64,000 bases of DNA, taken from the NCBI RefSeq assembly GCF_006345805.1, contig NC_043007.1:36456001-36520000 (forward strand), read 5' to 3'. Both the position numbers and the translations under genes were made by a program. Of this stretch, positions 13,169-26,535 are shown piece by piece; position 1 is the stretch's first letter; each line of letters starts with the position of its first letter. The notes beneath the pieces are model-generated. The model worked only from the letters and a program-made list of their open reading frames with translations, had not been told where the DNA came from and ran no database searches. This DNA comes from Octopus sinensis (Eukaryota).

Positions 13169-14823
13169 CACTACCGTCAGAAATTAATTAGCACCCTTGA
13201 TTTTCTCTTCACTGAAGGTATTTGCTGTCACCTAGTGGCCATATCTCGAACTATTGCTTTGTTGTGAGTTCACTGTTGCGCAGAACGATGACGTAACTTT
13301 GTTTGCAGAGCAGTTTGAGAGTCTACAGCCTAATGATGTTGACATAGCAGTGCAACAACAACTTGGAGTGCGGATGCAGACAAATCTTCCTTTGTTTAAT
13401 AGATATAGGTAGCGCCTCGCAAGGACCGAAATCACACCGTACTAAATTTTCTCATCGCGTAAGACGTTTTGAACAGCTCGTAGGTTAATTGATTTGTGTA
13501 TTTGCAAGATTTTTTTTCCTCACAAATTCTCCTACACTCTGCTTGATGACGTCACTTCTGGTTCACAAAACTTTCTGTTATACATCAAATAAGGTGAGAA
13601 ATTCTGCTTTCTTTCTTTTTTGTTTAATGAATAATAACTCATAGCAGTTTTGTTATAGCATAACATTATTCAAATGAATAGTTTTAATGAAAATAACTGG
13701 TTTTTATCGTTCATTCCTAGATGGGCCCAAGACCTCGCATGACCTTGGAGAGACGGTACGAGGCTCTCTCGTGGCGTGGGAAGCTGTCGGAGGCTGCAAT
13801 AGCCAGAAAACTTGGTGTAGCCAGGCGCACACTTCAGTGCTTATTTAAGAAATACGAGGAAACCGGATCAGCCGCTGACAAAAAGGGTAGGGGACGGAAG
13901 AGGCTGACGACCCAGCGGGAGGACCGGATGCTGATCCGAAAGTCGCTGTACAACCGAAGGGCAACGAGCCAGCAACTGGCGGAGGAGATGCAAAAGATGA
14001 CAGGGAAGCAGTTGTCTACAACCACCGTCAAGACCAGATTACTGGAAGCTGGTCTAAAATCCTGTAGGGCCGCCCATAAGACGCTCCTTACAGCCCAAAA
14101 CTGGAAGAGGCGGCTGCTCTGGGCCCGTGCCCACAAGACATGGACCGTGCAGCAGTGGTGGACAGTGATGTTCACTGACGACTCGCGATTCAGTCTCGTC
14201 AGTGACAAGCCTGTCCATGTGCGACGCCGCAGGGGTGAGCGCTTCAACAAAGACTGCATTGCTCTCACCATGAAGCATGGTGTTGGGCGGCTCTATGCCA
14301 TCGAAGGCAACATCAACGCAGCAAAGTACGTTGAGATAGTACGGGATACCTCTTTGGTGGCGAGGAGTACGTGCTCCAGCAGAACAACGTGCCTTCCCAC
14401 ACAGCCAAGCTCACAACCGGTTTCTTCAAGGACCATGGGGTGACGGTCATGGACTGGCCTGGCCAGTCACCTGACCTGAACCCTATTGAGAACCTCTGGA
14501 GTCGATTGGGTAGGGATTTGAATGTGCAGCAATACAGGAACCGACACAAGCTGTTTGGGGCACTTCTTGCTGCATGGAGGGCCATCCCTGCACGCACTCA
14601 TAGACAGCATGCCGACCCGCGTAGCAGCTGTCATTGCTGCCAAACGAGGAGCAACAAGATATTGACTAAATTTCACGATTAATAACAATTATGTGGTGTG
14701 CTGGGATATGTTTTAATAAATTTTTGATTATAAACGAGTTCGTTTCTGATAAGTTAATTAAATTAAGAAAATGTAAGAAAATGTAGAAATTTGAGAAGTG
14801 CTAATTAATTTCCGACGCAAGTG
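13169..14823 (+). mobile_element. Tc1-family DNA transposon, 1655 bp, with TIRs and TA target duplication
   Basis: TA|cactaccgtcagaaattaattagcac ... gtgctaattaatttccgacgcaagtg|TA; contains transposase pseudogene. Confidence 0.93.
13721..14682 (+). pseudogene. Tc1 transposase pseudogene (HTH + DDE)
   Basis: ORF 13721..14443 (HTH, FTDDSRF) shifts frame into 14371..14682 (QQNNVPSH, WPGQSPDLNPIENLW); second catalytic Asp reads Asn; GGGSVMVWG segment missing. Confidence 0.9.
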
Positions 14824-15157
14824 TACACACACACACATATGTACACTTATAAAAGTAAGCACACAAACACACATATATACATAAACATGCATACATATAT
14901 GAACATATAAATATATACATGTATAAATATGTATAGATAAATTTACACACATAGACACAAAAACACATACACACACACAAATATTAAATTTAACAAACGA
15001 AGTCAAACAAGAAAATCATTTTATAAATATTCTTCAAACTTAATGGTTTTAAAAGACCAACAGTAAGAAATATTTATACATTTCAATCAAATCTAACAAA
15101 ATGAAAAGAATAATTTTCAAAAAATGAATTGAACAGAAAACACTGAAGACGTGTTAC

Positions 15158-15235
15158 CTTATAATATCGTGTTGTTTCTTTATTTTGATAAAGAGTTATG
15201 GTCTTCGTATCCAGTCTCCAGTAATGGCGCTTTCG
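15158..15235 (-). CDS. PRKD: PKD exon G (78 nt, phase 0-0): [26 protein letters not shown]
   Basis: Acceptor ctttttgtag, donor gtaaca; PH-domain motif; follows an 18.7-kb intron. Confidence 0.96.
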
Positions 15236-17631
15236 CTACAAAAAGTAATGGGAAGTTTAAGATAAATATAATTGTAACAGATATTAACTTTGTATCAATC
15301 GATTAATGTATTTTATGAAGAATGTGGTAGTTTGCTTGAAGCATTGTGATATAGAGGCGCAGACATAGTTGTGTGGTAAGAAGCTTACTTCCCAACCACA
15401 TGGTTCAGTTCCACTGTGTGGGACCTTTGGCAAGTGTCTTCTACTATATAGCATCAGGCCAACTAAAGGCTTGGGAGTCAGAAACTGAAAGAAGCCTCTT
15501 TCCTTCCTTGAGCATTTTTTAATACTTTGCATGCACCACGTCTTCACATTGTTGTTTTACTCTTGTGTTTTTTCTTCGTATTTTTTTTGGGATTAATTAT
15601 ACACACACACACACATACATATACATATATGCACACATACACATATACATATGTATGTGTATGTGTCTTTGAGTCTGTGTTTGTCCCCACCACCACCACC
15701 AATTCTTGACAACCGGTGTTGGAATGAAGTTTTACTTAGAAACAGATGACGGTAGCATCAGGAAGGGTGTCCAGCCACAGAGAGTCTGCCTCAACAAATT
15801 CTTGCCAATCCATGTGAGCATGGAAAAAATGGGTCATTAAAATAATGAAGATGATGATGATGATGATAAGGTTAGTACTGAAACTTGCAAACCAGCTGAT
15901 CTAAGGGAAAGAACTCAGAAGCATAGCGGTAATCTCCACTACCCAATGCTGCACAAGACAGGAAGCACACACTTCTTAAGTGGCCAGTTAAAGGACAGTG
16001 TGTGTGTGTGTGTGTATTTTAGCTGCTTGATTGATAATCCTTTAGTTTGTCACAAATCTCTCTCAAAATATTGGTTTCAAATATTGGCAAATAGCCAGCA
16101 ATTTGGGGGGAAGGAGGAAGCCGATTACATCGAACCCCAATGCTTGGCTGCAACTTATTTTATCAACCCTGAAAGGATGAAAGGTAAAGTCAACCTCAGT
16201 AGAATTCTAACTCAGAATGCCACAAAGCATTTTGCTCAGCATGGTAATGTTCTGCCAGCTTGCTACCTTAATAAGGTGGCAAGTTGGCAGAATCATTAGC
16301 ACACCGGGCGAAAGGCTTAGCGGTATTCCATCTGCCGCTACGTTCTGAGTTCAAATTCCGCCGAGGTCGACTTTGCCTTTCATCCTTTTGGAGTTTATAT
16401 ATAACTACCAGTTACGCACTTGGGGCAATCTAATCAACTTAATCCCTTTGTCTGTCCTTGTTTGTCCCCTCTATGTTTAGCCCCTTTGGTCATGAATGAC
16501 CATGGGATTGCACCTAGAGAGCACCTAGTTCTCCTCCAAGGCACAAGTCCGGGCAAAGTTGTTTTTACAGAAGACCAGCAGTTGCCCATGCATACCAGTC
16601 TCCCCTCTCCAAGCCACCACTGTTATCCAAGAGAAAGACAAAGGCCAATACACCTGTGACGTTGCAACTCATTTCTACAGCTGAGTGAATTGGAGCAACA
16701 TGAAAAATAAAGTGTCTTGCTCAAGAACTTAACATACAGCCCAGTCTGGGAATCAAACTACTTCATGATTATGAACCCCCCCCCCCCGACACTCTAACCA
16801 CTGAGCCATGCACCTTCACTTGCCCTCTTTTAAGGAAGTATCCAGAAAAATCAAGATAACAACATCACTAATACTGAAGGTCTGCATTCATTATTAACTG
16901 TCAAGAGGCTGCACCCTTCAAAAATTCCATGCTTCCTGAAATTCACAGACATTATTCTTGTCATGCCTATGCATCTTTTATTCTTTCTGACTTGATCAAT
17001 GTTTACTTTTGTCTGTTTTTGTGCTTTATTCCATGTATTGTGCGTGTACCTCTAGCTTTCATTAGCATCTTTCTTTACTTGACTTACATGTCTGTTCTCT
17101 CTTTTACTTGTTTCAGTCATTTGACTGCGGCCATGCTGGAGCACCACTTTTAGTCGAGCAAATTGACCCCAGGACTTATTCTTTGTAAGCGTAGTACTTA
17201 TTCTGTCGGTCTCTTTTACTGAACTGCTAAGTTACGTGGACGTAAACACATCAGCATTGATTGTCAAGTGATGTTGGGGGCACAAACACAGACACACAAA
17301 CATATACACACACACAGGTACATACATACATATATATATATATATGATGGGCTTCTTTCAGTTTCCGTCTACCAATTCCACTCACAAGGCTTTGGTCAGC
17401 CCGAGGCTATAGTAGAAGACACTTGCCCAAGGTTCCACGTAGTGGGAATGAACCCGGAACCATTTGGTTGGTAAGCAAGCTACTTTATTTCATTTAATTT
17501 GCCACAAGGTAAGCAAGCTACTTACCACACAGCCACTCCTGTGCCTGTTCACTTCTTTTAAATATTTTAAACAAATTGTAGTGCACCTGAGCACTGTATA
17601 CAAAGAGTTCATTATCACATCATCCTCAATA

Positions 17632-17960
17632 TCTCTCTATATATAAACGGCAAAATGTCTGCGTGTGTGTCCTTTATACAAATCCACAATTTTTTAGTTA
17701 GAGGGCTCACACTTTCTATGGTCATTCAAAACTGTCCAAGGGTGGTTATGCACATCTTTACATTTCCCCAGTCACCCTGCAAAGTCATTAAAAAATCAAT
17801 AGAAGTGACTTTTTTGTGAATTTTCTATCCAAAACCCAATCAAAATGCCCGAAACTTGATACGCCAATTGAATGCCAGCTAGCTGTATGTGATTGGTCAG
17901 AGATTTGGACAGTACTCACATGTATGTGTGCACGCACGCAGCTGTATATGCAGCTGTATA
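17632..17960 (+). mobile_element. Probable Helitron 5' portion
   Basis: A|TCTCTCTATATATAAACGGC start resembles the 5' ends of other Helitrons in this window; 3' end not identified. Confidence 0.5.
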
Positions 17961-17971
17961 TGTGTGTATAT

Positions 17972-18003
<32 letters not shown>

Positions 18004-18004
<1 letters not shown>

Positions 18005-19151
18005 AATATTACATTATATATAAGGGCTTAGTAAAATAAATTACTTTGCCACATACTGAACTCATTAGAAATAGCAGCTAAAGAAATTTCTTCAGCTATT
18101 TCCAATACTTAAAGAAGATCTCTCTCAGATAGTGTTTGCCTAAACTAACTCACAAAAGTATGGGGGAAAAAACATTAAAAAATCAAGTGCAAAGGTTATT
18201 TGAGAACGTACGTTTCTAGATTAGTCAATTCGACATTTCTTTCTTCAGCTCAGAATTCCTTGAATCGGATTTGGGAACACTGAAAGTCGGGAGCATACCC
18301 TTTCGGCTTCTAATCACCTCTAGAATTCTGCTCGAACTAAAAGTGCTATCAAATTCGAATATGCAAGCGAAGAATTTCTGAGAGAGATCTTCTTTAAGTA
18401 TTGGAAATAGCTGAAGAAATTTCTTTAGCTGCTATTTCTAATGAGTTCAGTATGTGGCAAAGTAATTTATTTTACTAAGCCCTTATATATAATGTAATAT
18501 TTTGAATTCGCCTATAATGGTCCCTTTACATACTGAATACTTGGTGAAATTGATTAATAATTAATTAATTTTACCCTCAATTGTTGAAATTATAATTCAT
18601 CTTTCTCTGCTAAATGCTGCGGTTTTCACCGTTAATACATGGTGTTTGTCAATTTTAACCCACGCTGGTGGAAAGGGGAGAGCAGAAATTCTTCGCTTGC
18701 ATATTCGAATTTGATAGCACTTTTAGTTCGAGCAGAATTCTAGAGGTGATTAGAAGCCGAAAGGGTATGCTCCCGACTTTCAGTGTTCCCAAATCCGATT
18801 CAAGGAATTCTGAGCTGAAGAAAGAAATGTCGAATTGACTAATCTAGAAACGTACGTTCTCAAATAACCTTTGCACTTGATTTTTTAATGTTTTTTCCCC
18901 CATACTTTTGTGAGTTAGTTTAGGCAAACACTATCTGAGAGAGATCTTCTTTAAGTATTGGAAATAGCTGAAGAAATTTCTTTAGCTGCTATTTCTAATG
19001 AGTTCAGTATGTGGCAAAGTAATTTATTTTACTAAGCCCTTATATATAATGTAATATTTTGAATTCGCCTATAATGGTCCCTTTACATACTGAATACTTG
19101 GTGAAATTGATTAATAATTAATTAATTTTACCCTCAATTGTTGAAATTATA
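18004..19151. repeat. Complex inverted + direct duplication
   Basis: 377-bp inverted arms (18004-18380 / 18683-19059) and 218-bp direct repeat (18377-18594 / 18934-19151); no mismatches seen. Confidence 0.92.
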
Positions 19152-19806
19152 TATATAAATATATATATACACACACACACACACATATACATATATATCA
19201 CGATGATGTGATGATGATGATCATCATCATTAGTGAACATCCATTTTCCATGCGAGCATTGATGGCTTGACAGGACTTGCACCAAGTTCCAGTCATCTGT
19301 TTTGTCTTGCTTTCTACAGTCGAATGCCTTCCCTAATGCCAACCACTTTACAGAGTGTATTACATGGTACCAACACAGGTACTTTTCATGTGGCACCAAC
19401 AAAGACATATAACAGGAGAAAAAGAGCAAAAGTGTGATGGGGGAAAAAGACAAGACAGGATGATGCCAGGTGGTATGGAAGTGAGGTTTGAAGATAGAAC
19501 GTATTGGGCAATAATCGTTCAAAGAAGAGTATGATGGTGGACCGTACAGGAGACAGGGAAGGGTGATGGCAGAGACCAGTGCATCTGGAGTTGAGTGATG
19601 GAGGGACTTCAAAATAGAAAAATTCCATGGCGATGAGCCAAAAGGATGACAGGAAAGTGAGTGATAGAGAGATGAGATGATAACTGTATAGTGGAGGAAG
19701 CAATACTAAACTAATGCAGTATGTATGTATATGCATGTGTGTGTGTGTATGTATGTGTGTGTGTGCATGTATAGACTTTCTTTTCTGTCTCTCTTATATA
19801 TATATA

Positions 19807-20650
19807 CTAGCAGAATTGCCCGGCGTTGCTCGGGGCTGAATTGCTTGAAAGTACTGTTAATGATTGCACTGAATTATGATGACTATTCAGGCAAATATTG
19901 ATATAAGTTTACGGTGGGAGATAAGGACTTAACGCCAAACGTGTGCCATTGCATTGTTTTGGGGGAACCAAATTTCTGATGAGCATTATAGGGGCACTAA
20001 CTTTAAGTTTGAGAAAGTGTGGTGGTAGTCCGGGGTGCTCAAAGGAATTGAGTACCTCTATTGGATAGTTGATGACGTCCTCTGGGTCAGGAGTTGTATC
20101 GATAGACTGATATACATCGACTTCCCCAGGAATGAGTTTTAGCATTTCATCATTAATATGGTGAATAGTTTTATTCCTCGGGGCCAGTATAGCCTTTTTG
20201 CCAATCCAATCCATATTCTGATAATTAGCTTGTAAATCTGGGAACACTGCATCTCTGAGATCAGAAGGCGTCTTAACAATGGTACAAATGGAATCGATGG
20301 CAATATTACCATTTTCATCCCCTGGTATTTTGCCTTCGCCAAGTGCAAGGAGAGTGTGAGGAAATGCTGGTGATGTGATATTACGTCGCATATGAGCACG
20401 CATATTGGTGTGAAGTTTGAGAGTTACTTCCGTTTATTTTTAAAAATATGCATTAAAATGGAAAAAAATGATGGTAAATTATTTGTAAAATCATAGACTC
20501 ATCGTAGACGCGCGCTAATACCCAGAAGGGCTTGATATGAATCACGACTATAAGATACCCGGTTTTGGTTAAACTGCATCGCAAAATGTGGGAGTAGTTA
20601 GGAATCTAAATCGGAGTAGACAGACACACAACCTTTCTTTTATATATAAA
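19807..20650 (-). mobile_element. Non-autonomous Helitron carrying a Pif1-like helicase fragment
   Basis: 3' hairpin (cccgagcaacgccggg) + CTAG|T; ORF 19909..20403 with AILAPRN..IN and PPH.LKLK..APIMLIRNL..CNGTRL motifs; 5' end reads TT rather than TC. Confidence 0.9.
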
Positions 20651-21030
20651 TACATACATACACACACACATACATACACACACACACACACATGCATACA
20701 TACATATACACATAAACCGAGTAAAAAATTTCAGTTATCTCTCTCTTTCACACATTACTCTCTCTGTCTCTTCACACACACTAACAGAAGCACTTCACTT
20801 ACACAACATACTGTCTGTCTCCCACACTCCATCAAACACACACACACACACACATGTACATCAATGAGTCCCATGCACGGTAACATCAAAGGAACTTCCC
20901 TCGTCATACAATCGCTTTCTCTTAGTCTCTTTCGCTCTCATTACTTATGCAAAAAAATAAAAGTTTTTTCTATGTGTGTAAAGAGGAAGTGGGAGGCAGA
21001 GTGAAAGAATCACTCACTACAGTAAGTGAA

Positions 21031-21305
21031 TTACTTTCATTTTATTCCTTGCCCACTGTGTGTGTGCGTTTGCGTGTGGTGTAAACCAGACTAAGAAAAG
21101 CATTTGACACACACACCAGAATGTGAGTTTTCTGTAAATTTTGCTTAATTGGAGTTTAAATTTTAAAAACTGGACCTGGCATGACGCGATGCATTGTACT
21201 CTCAAAACTGCTAGGTAAATTGTAATTGAAGAAATCCTATATTGTAGATTTGTATAACTCCCAAAGGGAGGCAGATAAAATCTGCCTTTTATAATAAGAG
21301 ATATA
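21031..21305 (-). repeat. 275-bp segment (probable Helitron 5' end), near-identical to 22931-23205
   Basis: One mismatch seen between copies; ends A|TCTCTTATTATAAAA on minus strand; contains hairpin aggcagat-aaa-atctgcct. Confidence 0.8.
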
Positions 21306-21374
21306 TATATATATATATACTAATGAGGGTGAGAAAGTTGGATACTAATTTAATATATATATATATATATAGTA

Positions 21375-22008
21375 CTAGCAGTATCGCCCGGTGTTGCTCG
21401 GGTTTGTAAGGGAAATAACTATATAAGCATTTTTAGAGAGTTATAGCCAAAAAATAGCAAAAAATGCATTAAAAATGGAAAAAATATGATGGTAAATTTT
21501 TTTTTAATCGTTGACTCATCGTAGACATTTTAGAGAGTTACTTCCCTTATATAATAGCGAAAAAATGCATTAAAATGGGAAAAAAACGATGGTAAATTTT
21601 TTTTTAAATCGTAGACTCATGTAGACGCTTTCTTAGCCATTTCTGTTTTGGTGTCTTCAAGCCATGAAGTCGTTGTTCTAAAAGAACACTGGTCTCCTTG
21701 ACAACGCATTACGACGTTGATTTCCTTACACTCCCTTCCCCACAGGTGCAGGTGTGAGCGTGGACGCCAACTCCGCCGCCATCGACACACGAAAAATTAT
21801 GCATTAAAATGGAATAAAAATGATGTTAAATTATTTTTAAAATCGTAGACTCATCGTAGACGCGCGCTAATATTCAGACGGGCTCGATATGAATCACGAC
21901 TATAAGCTACCTGAATTTGGTTAAACTGTACCGCAAAATGTGGGAGTAGTTAGGAATCTAAATCGAAGGGGACAGACACTCACACAACTACAGTTTTATA
22001 TATATAGA
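21375..22008 (-). mobile_element. Non-autonomous Helitron with internal ~60-bp repeats
   Basis: A|TC..CTAG|T termini and 3' hairpin; shares ~150-200 bp at its 5' end with the 19807-20650 element; three copies of gcattaaaatgg..atcgtagac. Confidence 0.88.
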
Positions 22009-22059
22009 TATACATAGCGCAGTAGTGGTGAGATATGACAGCAAAGAAAAGCATACATT

Positions 22060-22400
22060 CACTCTCTGCATGCAATTAGACTCGGAAAGTTCGTGAGGAA
22101 CCTATTGACCCAATTTGCTGACTTTTCCGATAGCACACAGGTGTCAATGAATGGTTGAATGACCAAATCCAAGCTTCTCTGCTAGTTCCTCAACAGTTAC
22201 AATGATATTTTGTTCCACCAGGGTTTTCAGGATGTCCTTGTCGAGTTCTACAGATCTTTCAGGATGAGGCTCGTCTTCTAGGCTGTAGTTTATGGCTCGG
22301 GATTTCTGGAACCACCATTGACACTGCCTTACGCTTATTGTCCAATCCCCATATACTGCATTAATATTTCTTGTACTTTGCACACATTTATATTCAGTTA
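22060..22400 (-). mobile_element. Mariner transposase N-terminal remnant
   Basis: STRNINAVYGD..VRQCQWWFQK..SLEDEPHPER..LAEKLG in ORF 22144..22545. Confidence 0.8.
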
Positions 22401-22442
22401 TTCTTTTATATGTTTCAGCCTTGAGTTGTGGCCATGCTGGAT

Positions 22443-22482
<40 letters not shown>

Positions 22483-22589
22483 TATCTGTCTGTCTGTCTG
22501 TATGTATATATGTATATATATGTGTGTGAACAATAATATTTTCAACAGATGTGTTGCAAATGTATCTGATTGTTCTCAAGCTTCAATAC

Positions 22590-22699
22590 TGTGTGTGTGT
22601 GTGTATGTGTGTGTGTGTATGTATGTATATATGTATGTATGTATATGTATGTATGTATGTGTGTATGTATGTATGTGTGTATATGTATGTGTGTGTGTT

Positions 22700-22732
<33 letters not shown>

Positions 22733-22735
22733 ATG

Positions 22736-22767
<32 letters not shown>

Positions 22768-22790
22768 TGTATGTATGTAGTATGTATGTT
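22590..22790. repeat. (TG)n/(TATG)n microsatellite
   Basis: Direct reading. Confidence 0.95.
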
Positions 22791-22930
22791 ACTTTATTAC
22801 TAATCTCTCTTCCAAGAACATTTTCACTCACTCTTAGCTCTTAGCTTCCCATACATTTTACTCATGTATCTATCAGCGTCGTAGACAGAATACTTTCACT
22901 TTAGTCTTCCTCAAATCACTCTGTCGCTAT

Positions 22931-23205
22931 TTACTTTCATTTTATTCGTTGCCCACTGTGTGTGTGCGTTTGCGTGTGGTGTAAACCAGACTAAGAAAAG
23001 CATTTGACACACACACCAGAATGTGAGTTTTCTGTAAATTTTGCTTAATTGGAGTTTAAATTTTAAAAACTGGACCTGGCATGACGCGATGCATTGTACT
23101 CTCAAAACTGCTAGGTAAATTGTAATTGAAGAAATCCTATATTGTAGATTTGTATAACTCCCAAAGGGAGGCAGATAAAATCTGCCTTTTATAATAAGAG
23201 ATATA
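22931..23205 (-). repeat. Second copy of the 275-bp segment
   Basis: Direct repeat of 21031-21305, offset 1900 bp. Confidence 0.8.
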
Positions 23206-25029
23206 CAAGCAGAAGCATCACCCACCTGGCAGTTTTCTGCTAGTATGTCAAGCTTGCTTACTTGTAAACTTGAGAGAGAGGGGAGGGAGAAAGAGAGAGA
23301 GAGGAATAAGATGTTAAAAAATGATAACTCACAGAATTAAAATTAGCTTTCTGAATAATGTAGTTGAAATTTTCAATAATAAAAGAATCTTGAAAACCTC
23401 ATTTGGATAAAAATGCATTGAAATTGGAATTTTTGAGAATTTTTTAGACAATGCAGATTTTGTTTTCTTTTAGTAAAAATTACATACTTGTAACTAATTA
23501 ATAAGCAACTATATTACAGTGTGTGTATATACACATATATACATAAATGCATACATACACACATACATACACACACATACATACATATGCATGCATACAT
23601 AGTTTAACAGACATACTGATTAGTATGCATCTATTAATTTCAAATATCTATTTATTGATTATTTTCTATATTCAACAGGAAAAATTAAAATAGGGCAGTA
23701 CACCTAAATGTAATGATATCAAGGTATAAAAGCATGTGATAAAGCTTGGCCACCATGCGATACAGCCTGCCTCCAATGTGGTACAGCTAGACTCCCATGT
23801 GATATAGCTCATCTCTTATGTGACACAGCTGACTTCTCATGTGTTACAGCTGGTCTCCCATGTGATAAAACTAACCTCCTATGTGATACAGGTAGTCTCT
23901 CATGTGATAGAGCTGGCATTCCCATGAAATACAGCTAGCCCTTTCCCATATGAAACAGCTAGATCCCCCCACCCCATGTGATGTAGCCATCCTCCCAGAC
24001 AATATAATCACCACTAAAATTCCTCTTATTTCTGAAAAACAACTTCTGTCTTTCCTTTTTCCTGGTTTATTTATCAACATTTTTATGCAAAGAATCCATG
24101 GTTACAGACAAGAAGTCTCAAGGAATTTGAAAGGGAGAGATGGGGAGAGAGAGAGAGAGAGAGAGAAAGGAGAGAAGAGTGAAAGTGAGAGGAGAGAGGG
24201 ATAGAGAATAACTGAAATAGAGAGAGTGTATATGCACTTGTTTGTTGCATGTGTGCTTATTTGAGTGTGCATCTACATAATTGTGTATGGACTTATATTT
24301 ATATGAGTGTGCTATGTTTGTGTGTGTGTAAAATTTTACGAATGCATCTGTACTTTTGTATATGTGTGCTTCTACATGTGTATATATATTACTGTGTATA
24401 CATGTATGCATACAAGTGTGTGTGTGTGTGTGCTTATATGTTTGAAGCATAACTATAATTATTGATTTCTCATACAATGACACACAATCACAAATTAGCA
24501 GATGATGATGGTGATGGTGGTGGTGGTGGTGGGGGGGCATATCATGGTAGTCACGTGTTGCTTGTATTGGTGTGAGTTGGAGGGGGAGGGGGTTACAGCA
24601 AATTTAATCAATCCATCCCAGTTTGCAATATCTAGAAGGTGAACTATATTAACCCATGGGACCGGTCATGGTAACGGAGGTGATGGTATTGGTGATGGCG
24701 GTGTGGATGGTGGTGGTGGTGGTGCTGCTGCTGCTACTGCTGTTGCTGGGAAAAGGAAGAGGAAGAGGTTAAAAGCCAAAATCAAGATTCAGCACTATTT
24801 GAACTAAGGAACCTAAAAATACAAAAATTAAATAAAACCGACACAACTTTCTCCTCTGATACTTCCTCTTTGACACTGCCACCACCACCACCACCATCAT
24901 AACGATCATCAATCAACCACTTTCCATACCAGCATGGGCTGGACAAGTTGTCAGTTTTGATTTGAGAATAATTATGTTCCATGAAGGGTTCAGGACCACC
25001 CACATCTCGCTGGTGTGTTCCAATGCATG

Positions 25030-25272
25030 GCATGGTTTCTTATTTCTTTATTGCCCACAAGGGGCTAAACATAGAGGGGGCAAACAAGGACAGACAAAAG
25101 GATTAAGTCAATGACATCGACCACAGTGCATAACTGGTACTTAATTTATCGACCCCGAAAGGATGAAAGGCAAAGTCAACCTCAGCGGAATTTGAACTTA
25201 GGATGTAGCAGAAGACGAAATACCGCTAAGCATTTCGCCCAGCGTGCTAACGATTCTACCAGCTCGCCGCCT
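25030..25272 (-). mobile_element. Second abundant SINE family (ggcggcgagctgg head, MetaSINE-like central domain); representative of ~29 copies
   Basis: gagttcaaattcc box B and gcctttcatcctttcggggtcgataaattaagtaccag domain; superfamily naming from recall. Confidence 0.75.
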
Positions 25273-26186
25273 TTAAGGAGGATAGAAACCCACTACTTTA
25301 CAAAGTATAGTGGGTGCTTTTCTCATAGCACCTGCACTAGTGAGGTCACTAGATATTTGCAAGACAGCACCCCCTGGACTGTAGGATATAGTGAAAGTAT
25401 GATAAAGGGACAAGGACAGATGTTTTCCTGAAGAGGAAACACATAGCATCTCCTGCTGGGAAGAGGGAGAAAGAGAGATGGAGAACGAATATGTATACAC
25501 ACACATATACATATATATCCATTCGCCATGATAGATCGGTAGCCACTACACACATTTATTTTCTCTCCTTGTTTCTCTCCTTGTTTTTTTCTGTGTTCCT
25601 TTCTGTAGAAGAGCATAGGCTCGAAACGTAAAAGACTTTTTCTATGCCTGAGCGTTATACTAATACATCTGTTTGTTTTGTACACCACCTGTCTTCGTCT
25701 TTTGTTTTTTTCGTGAACTCTCCCCTAGATCCAGTTTTAATTTCCACACAATTTCCACTGCCCAAATTGGTCAACCCAAACTCTAGTAACACTCAGTGGG
25801 TTTGAACCAGGAGTCTGGAACCATGTGGTTGTGAGACACACTCGCTAACCACATGGCCATGCTCATATATATATTAAATGTAAATTCAGTGATCGCAAAG
25901 TTCATCATTTTGATGATTGATAGATCGACTGGTTTAATAATAGAGAGTTAATAATATCAGGCACCAAACAGAGATGGCTCTGAATTAAACAGCCTAAAAC
26001 TACTGTTTGGAAGCAGTGAAGGGAAAATTAAATAGGAAAATGGAAAATGGGGAAAAAAAAATGTTACATTAAAGAATGCTTTTCACTATTTACATGCGTA
26101 CGTGTGTGTGTGTGTGCGCGCGTGTGCATGCATTGATGTATATATGTAAATTTATCTATACATATACAAAAGTATATAATATATAT

Positions 26187-26221
<35 letters not shown>

Positions 26222-26287
26222 AATATATATATATATATATATATACATACATATATATATTAAGGTTTGGAGATGATGTACAGGTAT

Positions 26288-26535
26288 TATATATTAGAAG
26301 AAATAAGGTACTCAGAAATCTGGATGGTTTTATATTTACAGACATTTATTAATATGTCACATGCTTTTATAACTCATATATTGGCGCTTGCATCCACTCT
26401 TGTGGAATCTAAAGACTCCACAAGAGTGGACACAAGCACTAATATATGATTTATAAAAACATGTGACATATTAATAAATATCTATAAATATAAAACCATC
26501 CAGATTTCTGAGTACCTTATTTCTTCTAATATATA
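26288..26535. repeat. 248-bp imperfect palindrome (fold-back element)
   Basis: ~120-bp arms around loop atctaaagac. Confidence 0.9.

Noticed and set aside
19118-19736. 164-aa and 116-aa minus-strand ORFs
   Set aside because: No recognisable motif; partly microsatellite and retroposon tail; possibly old LINE debris
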